Positions 51,816 through 62,440 of a DNA stretch of 64,000 nt are shown piece by piece. Source of the DNA: Lytechinus pictus (lineage: Eukaryota); assembly GCF_037042905.1 (NCBI RefSeq), contig NC_087263.1, forward strand, positions 3,162,001-3,226,000. Reading direction: 5' to 3'. The translations under genes were made by a program, and so were the position numbers. Under the pieces are notes generated by a model, which saw only the letters and a program-made list of their open reading frames with translations, had not been told where the DNA came from and searched no databases. Within the stretch, counting starts at the first letter, position 1; the number at the start of each line of letters is the position of its first letter.

Positions 51816-51925
51816 ATGATCCATTTAGAGCGGATGCTGAACGTCCATGTTCGTGCTTATTTCATGAAATATACGCAATATACAGTCATGATATAGATAG
51901 TGAAATCGTAATTTCGACAGTAACT

Positions 51926-54900
51926 TCAAGCAAGAATGACAATCGGTGATTGGCCTTCATGAATCCAAACCACGCCCAAATCTCGGCGAGCTTTCTCCAT
52001 CACAGTGGCTATCAGTTCGCTCTCCTTCCAACCCATGAGGGCGTGCTCCTTCTTACCTAACGAACAAGAGAAGAACACGAAATAAACGAATCAGGATTAA
52101 AATGAAGTTTAAGGTATAGTAAAATAAAAAATATCAAACTTTTGAATGAATAAGTAGTCAAAATGAATGCATGAATGAATGGATGGATGAATGAAAAAAA
52201 AAATTAATGAACGAATGCAACAACAAATATGGGATTAATGAATGAATGAATTAATTATGAATATAGACATACATCAATAATTAATGAATGAATTCATCAA
52301 TTCATAAATAAAACAAGCAGAAATTTAGTCTAAATTGCGAGGCTATGAATATAATATATAATCAATCCATAACATCTAATACTGGGAGTCCCAAAGAAGT
52401 TTTTATACAAACTAACAACCCTGAAAATCATATAAATTCTTGCGAGGGGCCCCAACCATCCTCCATTTCCAACTAATTCCGTTCACGAGTCCCCCTCCTT
52501 CCCAACCAGATCAGACATTTCGAACAATGCTGAAAATCGTGGAAATTTCGATTGGGGATCTGACGATCCCCCATTCGATCCCCCATTCCCAATAAATTTA
52601 CTCCGCAAGCCCAACCCGCTCCTTCCCCAGGCTTGCCACTCCCCGATCAGCAATTTGATCTACACTCTAGAAAAACAAATCAGTCAAAAAGGACTAGTTA
52701 ATAGGGTCAGCTGGGTGCAACTGTTATTCTAGTCATATTTGACTATTTTCTAGTCGTATTTTACTGGAACATACTAAGTTATTTCTGGCTAGAATATACT
52801 GTAAGAAATGTGACAAGAGATCATTTGCACCCAGCTGACTACTTCGGTCTAGTAAATTTGACTGATTTGTTTAAAGAGTGTATTAGTATTACCTTCTTGA
52901 ATCGCCTGCTTGACAGCATCTGCCTCATATAGCAGCCCGGATGGTAGATCATCAAAGGCTATTCCTGACTCAGTAGGCTTGGGTAAGGGGAAGTGAAACC
53001 TTTCGATGACCTCCCCGCTGGGTGACGTCCATATCAAGTCAGTTGGTGCCCAAACATGCTCAGGTATCTGGTAAGGAATTAAAAGAAATGTTTCTCCGGT
53101 TCTCGAAAGGGGTTTACGTTGTAGGTATGGAACGCGGAAAGGGCAGCACAAAGAAGTTGTCGCCCAAAAATGCTCAGGTATAGTAAAAAAAAATTAAAGA
53201 AATGTTTCGCCGGTGCTCAAAAGGGGTCGCATTATGTATGGAACGCGGAAAGGGCAGCAAAGTCAAACTATTATATAACGATGATCAATTGAAATATACC
53301 AGTAATGGAATAATAAGCCGCTGTGGTGACTCGAAAGCAGCCACCAACTCAAGGTTTTCCTTTCCGCGTTCCATATATAGTACGGTAATTCGAGAGCGGT
53401 AGCCGAAGAGAACAATGCAAATTTATTCGCAAATTGTTGCACTGAGCATCAAACAACTGAAAAGCGTCCCATCTTTACGTTTTTCATGAACATTATATTG
53501 ACAAAATAGCGTCTATTATCTGAATCAGATGGAATAGTGCATGCTTTATGGATAACGAGTATTTAATTAAGACATTTCGCATTTACTCTACAACGCACCA
53601 ATTCCTTTAAAAATGACAATTCACAATGGAGAGCTGAGAGGCTTTTGTCGAAAGCTGGTGGACCGGAACAGCATCGGAATCAATTGACTCTGGATAACGA
53701 CGTGCAAATCTTTGGATGATCTGCTGTCCCAGTCCATCAACTTTCGACAAAAGCCTCTTAGCTCTCCATTGTGATGTTAATTGCATTTTTGCGTTGTAGA
53801 GAGTTTTCCCGTAGTAAATGCGAAAACTACATTTTATTTCGAGGACTGCGGGGGAATCGCCGTTTTCGTTTTCGATTTCGACTGTGGACGAGGGAGAGAA
53901 CGTGACGCATGCGCAGTGTTTGGGATGACATTACTCGCAGTACCGTAGTAGTCCACTATGTCGACGTGCAAATCTCAAACTCCCTTACGCATTATCTGTG
54001 AAATCTGACAATTTTTTTTATAATGGGAAAAAATGCGTTGACAGTGAAAGGGATTCGGGAAACCCTGTTCCAAACAGTTTCATATTAGTCAGAAAGTGGC
54101 AAGGGGGCTTGACATAACTGTTCTTGCACTTATCAGTTGCTACCAGGAATGATTACTGATTGGAACAATTATGAAAATCCCTTCCTTTTTTATATGCTGC
54201 AGATATATTATGAACATAATTGGACGTGTTCGATATAGAGGTCAACGGAATTGCGCTTTGCCTTGTCAAGTGTTGGCATAAAATGCACAAAATAGGTCAT
54301 ACCCTTAAACGTCCTTTTGTGCCAATGATGACCGCGTCATTTGGATATTGGACCTTGAAACTACTCGAGAGCGTTGCTATGGCGTTCTTAGGGAACTTCA
54401 TCACAGTTGTATAAGATTCATCAACACCTGAATAAAAATTAATTTATTGAAGTTTCGTGAGACAATATTTAGGGAAACTCAAATTTCTGCTACAATTAAG
54501 ATGCTTGTAATGAGGCAGTCGATGCAACTTAGAACAAATGTACTTTATACACTGCAAAAACACCGGTGTTAATTTAACACCAGCCTGGTATCTATATCGG
54601 AAAACACCACCGGGAAGTGTTGAAACAACACCAGTTAACAATCAAACCGATATTGGTTTAGCACTGAATAGTGTTGTTCAAAATAATGCCTATAAATAGT
54701 GTTAGCCTAACACCAAGCCGGTGTTTTTTCAACACCTCTCTGTTGTTTTCCGATATAGATACCAGGATGGTATTGAATTAACACCGGCGTTTTCAGTGTA
54801 AATATTAATCTTATTTTAAGTAAACGTAAGGGGACAAACTACAACTTTTTCGGAGAGAATATACACCTACACGCTTTTCCCCTCGGTTTCGCTTCGGAAA

Positions 54901-57900
54901 TTATCTACATCCAAAATAACCTTGGTGGTTGAAGTTCGTCCCATCATCTTTCGACTGCAGCTAACTTTTTGTTTAACTCTAACCTACCATGCCTTACGTG
55001 ATTTTATTATGATTATTATCATATTTTTTTTTTGGTAGATGCACGAAATATTTACATCCTAAATACAATACGGAATATTTCAAAATGTACAATTTTCGGC
55101 TCGCTCGCATAGGCATGATAGGTCGCGAGATATGCTGCAATGAAACTGAACTCTGCCCTTTATTTTATTTCATCTCGCTTATCATCCTATTCTCATTCTG
55201 TTGTTAGCTACCTAAAATATCATATTTTGATATTCTCTGTATTTCTTACCGTCATCATTGAGGAATCCCTGCGTGGTCATCGATGACGGTGCTCTTCCGA
55301 AGACCATTGTCGTAAGTTGGATAGGATATATTCCCATGTCGTAAAGGGCGCCACCTCCCAACTCTGCAAAGTAACATATTGTTTTAATTGTATCATATCA
55401 AGTAATACTATCACAGACCTATAATAGGTTCAAGCCCGAATGTCTTTTTTTTTTTTTGGGGGGGGGGGGGAGGTCACATCGTCAAAAGATTCCGGATATA
55501 AACTGAATAAACTGACAAAGATTGTCATCATAATCATGTCTACTGCCGAGTCCACTATTTATTAGTAGGAATAATGTCATTACAAACAGACACGGATCAT
55601 GCAGAGTAAGTGGGTGAGGCGAGCGTGGCCTTACACCGGCTCCATAAATACAAATTCAAATTTACAAATAGTAGCTAAATTGACGTTCTTTAAAGTCATT
55701 GTATAGTATTGGCATTAACGATATGAATGATGTACCAACCTTTCTTCTTTAACCTCTCGACATGGTTTAAGTCAAGTCCAAAATTGACAAATATTGATTT
55801 GACGTCACCGAGTTGCCCCGATGAGACGAGTTCCCGGATCTTAGCGGAGACTGGAAAGAACCGACTCCAAACAGCCTGAAGTATAAAATACCAAGAACTC
55901 TTCATCAGAATACGACATAAATCTGAAATCATAGATTCTATATTACGTTTGTAGTTGAAACTTGACATTTGAAAAAAAAAATCGATACACAGTTTATTGA
56001 TAATAGGCGAAATAAGCAAAATCGTGGACACATTTTTGTTTAGAAATTAACTGAGCTGTGTTTGATGTATTCATAAAAATGAGGCGCCACTTTCTCCTTT
56101 TGCCTGTCACACACACACACACCCGCACCATCACCATCACACACACAACACACACCCTCACCCTCACACACACACACACACACTCACCCTCATTCTCACA
56201 TACACGCGCAAAAAACACACAAATCCCCACAATGAGTGATGATAAACTTTTTTGGGGATTGAAAAGTGCTTCCCATGCTGGGCCTCAACATAAATCTCGG
56301 CAAATAATCAATCCCACAATGTGCGTGATTAATTATGATGCATGCAATCAATCATAGAAATGAGCCCAACGATTAATCGTTAAAGTTTGTGTAACAGGGC
56401 CCTGTTCAATAGTTCCATGACATTTGCTCCGGCGAAAATTGCTCTGGCGACAATTGCTCCATTGTGAATTCCATACACTAATGGAACGACCAACTTCAAC
56501 CATGGATTTAACGCTATACCTTATCCTAACCGTAAACCTAACATAAAACCCTACTGCAACCCTAACCCTATATCTTAGTCGAAATAAAGCCCGGAGCAAT
56601 TGTCGCAGGAGCAAATGTCGTGTCACGTGGTCAATCCTGGATCAGGCCCTGGAGGCCATTTTCTTCCAGAATATAAACATTTATTACCAAACACCATTCC
56701 AAATAATGCATTAAATAGACCTCATGCATTTGACGTCATAATCTCATAGCGCCCTCCCTCAGAGGATATAGGGATACGCGTAAACGGAGTTGTTAGGGAT
56801 GCGCCAGCTATTACATATCACAATGGCTTCATTCTCTAGCGCGATGACGTCAATGCACAAGGTATATTGACACTTACTTCCATGAAGAACACATCATTTT
56901 CCTTCGCAGTCTTCAGAACATCCCGAGCATCCCTTAGAGTGAGCGCCAGCGGCTTTTCGCATAAAACGTTTTTCCTGTGGTTGAGATACAACTTGCTCAG
57001 TCTGACGTGTTCGGTGTTAACGGCTCCAATGTAGACTACGTCTGTCAAAGGAATAAAATGGTTAAAACCATGATGTTAAAACGATATGAAATCAGGAGCG
57101 GCAGTCCAGGGGCCTGGGAACGATTTTCTAAGAGGGGTGCTTGTTTGCTGAGAAAATATTGACAATATTGACAACCCCCCGGGTTTTCATTCCCAAATGA
57201 AGGATATCTGTGTAATACCTACCATATTGAAATAATCGGGTGTACATCAGTCCCCGGCTTCCTATGGCAATGGGCGGCACCACGGTATTATGATGGTTGG
57301 TGGAGAGAGGGTGGTGGGGCACAAGACTTCTTTTTTTTCCACATTAATTACAAGCATAATATAGAGTTACATGACCTATACCTAGCTCTCTTTTCCGTTG
57401 ATTTTCTTTTTTCTTCATGTTCTTTCACTATATATTTTTTTCTTCTTAATTCTTTTCCTCGGTCCTTCATGACTATTTGAAAAAGCATTGAGGATGGTAG
57501 CCCCTTTGCCCCCGTAACGTAGCCCCTACTTGAATCAGAAAAGAAAGAGGTCAGTAACTCGGCGGGCTTCCTGTGTTTAGTCTATGTGATTTATCGATTC
57601 TCTAGATCAGTGTATACACGTACATTTTCACACACAAAAAAGACAAATGCATTTTGTAACAAATTACATGGCTATTTGATCGATTTTACTTTTTGAAAGT
57701 TTCATATTTAATGCAAAATGCGATCTATTCAAAAATCGCGTCGCATCGGATCGCATAGTGTGCGCTGCATGGGCTTAATAAATTACGATTTAGTTACTGT
57801 CTGTGAGCGTGGTATCTACGTTCACAAAGGAATAATTTATGAATCGTTCCTCCCCCGTTTTATGGAACAAGCTCCCAAATTTCCTGAAAACAATTGATTC

Positions 57901-58658
57901 AGTTGACAAATTCGAATCGGCCCCTTAAAACCTACTTATTCAAATTGTACCTCAACTCAACAAAGTGAACTCACCAACACATCTTCTTCCTTCTTTTAAT
58001 TTCCGAGGTACATAGAGACAAATGTATTATTTGTTATGCGTTATATAAAAACTGACAATCATTATTACCATTATTGTAATTATGATCATATTATTTTTCT
58101 TGTATGTCAAAGCACAACAGTGCTATCTATCCTTCAACGAGCGTCGTGGTCTAGTGGTTATGATCCTTGTTTTTCAATCTGAGGGACAAGGGTTCGATTC
58201 CAAGCCATAGTGTGTTTTCCTTCAGCAAGACATGTACCCACACTGTGCTGTACTCGACCCAGATGAGGTGAATGGGTACCCGGTAGGAAGAAGTTCCTCG
58301 AATGCTCGATCGCCCGATCAAGGTAGCTGTGATAAAGACGGATAATAATAGCATTATCAGGGCCAGTGCTGGGAGAACTGTTTTCGGAACTGAAGTGGCT
58401 ACCCTGGGTAAAATATGACATCATCATTATTATAACAGTGTGGCTCCACTCACCTACATTTTCATCTTGAGCAAGTTCTTCATAGCTACCATACGCGGTG
58501 GGAATCTTGAACTTGGTCGCAAACTTCTGCGATCTTTCCAACGTCCGGGTCGCGATGGCGACCACCTGATGGTTGTCGGAATGGCCTTGTAAACTGGAAA
58601 CGAAGTCAGTCGAGATCAGACCAGCTGTGCACATTCCCCATCGTAATGGCGACATCAT
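51926..58658 (-). CDS. DHDH: DHDH-like dehydrogenase (Gfo/Idh/MocA), paralog B, 349 aa; exons 58658-58454, 57041-56878, 55875-55740, 55363-55250, 54427-54303, 53067-52893, 52056-51926
   Basis: Seven GT-AG exons total 1050 nt and stay in frame; internal exons 2-5 (164/136/114/125 nt) equal those of paralog A. Motifs: LRWG...AGLISTDF, AYGSYEELAQD, VLCEKP, FMEAVWSRFFP, LGGGALYDMGIYP, GVDE, IGTKGRL. Confidence 0.93.
52144..52300. repeat. Degenerate (TGAA)n tetranucleotide repeat
   Basis: Seen directly. Confidence 0.7.
52663..52880. mobile_element. Palindromic MITE, CACT termini, TA TSD, 12 nt from the DHDH-B exon 6 donor
   Basis: TA|CACTCTAGAAAAACAAATCAGTCAAA...TTTGACTGATTTGTTTAAAGAGTG|TA. Confidence 0.8.
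53575..53826. mobile_element. Fold-back (long inverted repeat) element in DHDH-B intron 5
   Basis: CACAATGGAGAGCTGAGAGGCTTTTGTCGAAAGCTGGTGGAC pairs with GTCCATCAACTTTCGACAAAAGCCTCTTAGCTCTCCATTGTG; outer arms TTTCGCATTTACT / AGTAAATGCGAAA. Confidence 0.8.
54550..54798. mobile_element. Palindromic MITE, CACTG termini, TA TSD
   Basis: TA|CACTGCAAAAACACCGGTGTTAATT...AATTAACACCGGCGTTTTCAGTG|TA. Confidence 0.85.
56108..56220. repeat. Imperfect (CA)n microsatellite
   Basis: Seen directly. Confidence 0.9.
56411..56627 (+). mobile_element. MITE with internal CCTAAC(C)-like repeats
   Basis: Inverted ends GTTCCATGACATTTGCTCCGGCGA / TCGCAGGAGCAAATGTCGTGTCAC; second copy at 36897-37113. Confidence 0.75.
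57790..58085 (+). mobile_element. Decayed L2-type LINE 3' fragment
   Basis: Residual LWNKLP codons and a CATAGAGAC..TTATGCGTTATATAAA tail resembling the 3' end of the 49740-51030 LINE. Confidence 0.5.
58139..58434 (+). mobile_element. tRNA-derived SINE, antisense within DHDH-B intron 1
   Basis: A box TGGTCTAGTGG, B box GGTTCGATTCC, core ACTCGACCCAGATGAGGTGAATGGGTACC, (CAT/TAT)n tail. Confidence 0.9.
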
Positions 58659-59577
58659 CGTCCGGTAGTTCTAGATGCTTTGTAAAAATAGGCGACGTAT
58701 ACGTTATGTCGAATAAGATCTTGAATCTACCTCCTAAAATGTAGTGTCATTGTTTTGTGATGTCGTAAATAATTGACGCAAATATGGTCTTCTGTCACAA
58801 GGTGTTTGTGTCAGGGTTGTATTGCATACCTGCGCAAACAATGCATACAAAATAATGGGGTCGGTTTCACGAACACAATTCTGAATATAAATTCATAGGC
58901 ATCCCCACATAGCGATTAGTAAGACGTGCCTATCTCAGCACGGTTCAGAATTATTAGCTAGGGCTTTAGACTTGACGGTTTCGAGAAAAGCCGTCACTGA
59001 GATCAAAGTCGAATTTGATGTACACCTTGTAGATGATAAAACATGGCCTTTGTCCCCATATTTTGTCTTGAGTCACGTTTACACCGACTGAAATCGACCC
59101 CAAATTGATCGATTGCATGTCATTGGAAATAACGTAATAACTTTGATCGGTCTGGAGACGGTTTCGTTAGTGTGAATGAGGTGTAACACATTAATGTTTC
59201 GTAGTTCATTCACATCTCATGCACTTCATTTCGGTCCATTGTCAAGGGCAATGTCGTAAAGAAGTGTTGCTTGATTCTCAAGGCAGACATTGTGGATATA
59301 TATTTACAGGTAAATTGGTGATAACATTCGTGAGTCACATAGTACAAACAAAGTCTACAATATATGCCTATGATTAAAAAACAAGATTGCCATTTTCTCT
59401 CTCTATATATTATTTTCATTAGGTTTACTCCGCTTTTTGTTCGAATTTATTTCAGACAGAAGTGCCCTTTTTTAGCCTTTTATTTGAATCTGATCTGTCT
59501 GTCAGCTCAGTAGCGTGCTCCTTTTGCACTGTCTGTATTATTTCCCCACCATCCCGAGAAAACTAATTGTGTACGAC

Positions 59578-59822
59578 CAGTGGCGTACCTAGGATTTTTC
59601 ACAGGGGGGGGGGGGCATAACCGTCCGCCAAAAAATTTGACAAGCCAAAAAAAAAAAAAGGTCTTCAATCACAAATGAAGGATTTCGTCAGGGGGGGCAA
59701 AATAGGTCTTTCAAGCTCGTCAGGGGGGGGGGGGGCAGGGATACGTCCTTTGCATGGGTTGTGGCTCATCAGGGGGGGGGGCAGACTGCCCCCTCTGCCC
59801 CCCCCCCGTAGGTACGCTAGTG
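59578..59822. mobile_element. hAT-type MITE
   Basis: CAGTGGCGTACCTA...TAGGTACGCTAGTG; exact 8-bp TSD TGTACGAC. Confidence 0.9.
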
Positions 59823-60219
59823 TGTACGACCATGAGGAATAATGTCTGCATTTTTGAGGCATGGAAAAAAAGTGTCTCTAAAGACTACATGTTGATCTTC
59901 AGCAAGTCCTTCGCTCATGTCGATACACGCAATGGAAATCTGTAAGTTCGTAGCAAATTTGTTTCCAACGAACGAGTTGCATTCAAAGTCGTCGACCGGA
60001 CACGTTATAGAGTCGTTTGAGATATGTTGATATTTTCTTTATCTCTTTTATGGGGGAGGTCAACTAATCGAAATTCTGTTTTTTTTTTGCCCAAATTGAG
60101 TATCGGTACAGTAAAGCGTCTTTTTCATAATTTGAATTGATTAATAAACTTAGTTCATTTGACATGAACATCTTGTTTTACAATAATACAATGATAACAT
60201 AAAAAAAGATAATTATAAC

Positions 60220-61675
60220 CACTAGCGTAAATCCCGGGGGGGGGGGGATGGAGGGGATATATCCCCCCACTTTTCGAGGAGGGGGGATGGCCTGTACAAA
60301 CATCCCCCCACTTTTTACGAAAGAAATGAAAAAAAAAATCACAAGAGATAATTGTTTTATTGGTGAAAATTCTTCCTAAAATACCGCTTAACAAATAAAA
60401 CAATATTATTGAATCATAAAATGCAAATAAAGACCCAGTTCACCATTTCCAAACGAAATACTTATGTCCTTATTATAACATTGAAGAGAAACCCCCGTTT
60501 CGTCCAATTCATTAATGTTGGGGTCTTTGGGAAGGGAATAAGATGGAATGTCAATTTTTTTTAATGTAATCTCTAATAGAACCATTAAACCATCATGGGG
60601 TAAAACAGATAATAATATTGGAGGGGTATTTGCCATATGGACATACAGTGGCGTAACTACGGGGGGCATGGGGGGCACATCCCCCCCCCCCCCATCGGCT
60701 GACCCCCCAAAAAAAAACGGGGAAAAGGAGAAAAGAGGGAGAAAGGAAGAGAAACGTAGTGGGAAAGAAGAAAATATTATTTATTATAATGTTATATTAT
60801 ATTGTAATTATGTTATGTTACATTATACATAAGAAACATTTTTATCATAACTTTATGAAACATAATTTGCCCAGGGCCTACGTCTTCATTGTTCCTGGTG
60901 CTCGCATTGTCTGTTTAACGAGATATATAATCCTGTTGTACTAAAACATCCCGTTTTCAAGTCAATATAAACCAAATATATTTCCTAGCACTTGAGTTAT
61001 CATTGTTTATGTAGTGACATATGCTTCTTTTTCATGACTCAAAAAAGTGATTGCTCCATGTTAAGGGCTTCGTATATATGAAACATTTCCTGTCCGTGAT
61101 TACGTTCGCATTAGTGGATTGGTGAGATATGTCTGCTCTTCATGAATTCCTAAAATCAGTCCTTAAAATGTCCCTTCTACTGAACTGAATATCAAAAATT
61201 TTCAGCTCGCGCTTCGCGCTCGCATCATTTGGTTAATGAAATACGTATGGTCCTAGTTAATTCCTACAAAGAAACCTTAGAATGCCCCACTTCAGGTCTG
61301 AATTATCTAAATTTTCAGCTCGTGCTTCGCGCTCGCATTGTTTGGCGAGACAGGTACATATCATGATTACACAAATTTGATTATAATGTCCCTTTTTAGG
61401 TGTGAATATAAAAAAATTCAGCTCGCGCTTCGCGCTCGCATTATTTGATCTGTGAGATACATACCCGTTTAATGACATTGTCCTTAAAATGTCTCTATTA
61501 GTTCAGTACAACTGGCAACTTGCTGGTGCCCCCCCCCCCCAATGCCGTGACCCACGATACGCCACTGTGGACATATCAATGACAATTCCTTGCATATCTA
61601 AAAACATGATTGCAAAAAAAATGCCAAAATATTTCAGTCATCCCCCCCACCCATCAACACGGATTTACGCCAGTG
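60220..61675. mobile_element. hAT-type MITE (outer element of a nest)
   Basis: CACTAGCGTAAATCC...GGATTTACGCCAGTG; exact 8-bp TSD ATTATAAC. Confidence 0.9.
60646..61567. mobile_element. hAT-type non-autonomous element nested inside 60220-61675
   Basis: CAGTGGCGTA...TACGCCACTG; exact 8-bp TSD TGGACATA; internal GCTCGCGCTTCGCGCTCGC repeats. Confidence 0.9.
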
Positions 61676-62440
61676 ATTATAACAGTATATCGTATACATG
61701 GTACGCCAGTAATACATCAATAATCGCATAATACAATTTCCGTAGATTTCCAATGAAGAAAATTGACTCAAGGCCTACATTTGTTTTTAAAGTGAGATAT
61801 GTTCTATTTCAATTTCTTTATTTTACACACCATTTAAAGCGATCATCTTTTGTCCAAACAAATATTTTTGTCATTTTTTTCTCCCGTAGCTTGACTTCTT
61901 CGAAAGTGGGTCGAGAACTGGTCTCCATGAAGGCATTCAGGATTTACCAGATTGAGGGAGGGGGGGGGGCGCACTTTAAAAAAATCACAAACACAAAAAG
62001 GGCAAAAGAAAAAAAAATGTGTTAGAGCCACCAACATAGAGAATTTATCTGTACATTATCTTTTTATGCCCACCCCCAAAAAAATGTAAAGGGGAAGAAT
62101 GCAACTCAGACACCCTCCCCCGCCCCCTTCTTCCCGGGTCCAATCTAGTCTGCTGTGCAAACCCTTCACTCGAGTTAAGGGTCTGAATTGCAGCCAAGTT
62201 TTGTATGTGCTAGTCTTTGCGTGGAGACACATTTGTTGATCAAAGTTTCTATCAGGGTCTGTGTCTGCAGACTATAGGTCCAATCCCGCTTGACGCTGTA
62301 CATCTCTGCCTCCATTTCCGTCGTAGGTTATAGAACCAGAAAACTGAGATACCATGTGACTAGACTTTGCTAGACAACGGATGATTGAAGGGAGCAGATT
62401 CATAAAATAAAAATAATCAGTGATTTCCATTGACAACTGT

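Noticed and set aside
58139-58210. tRNA gene (also ~51528 and ~32169)
   Set aside because: The A/B boxes continue into a shared SINE core and tail, and the cloverleaf is degenerate; these are SINE heads.
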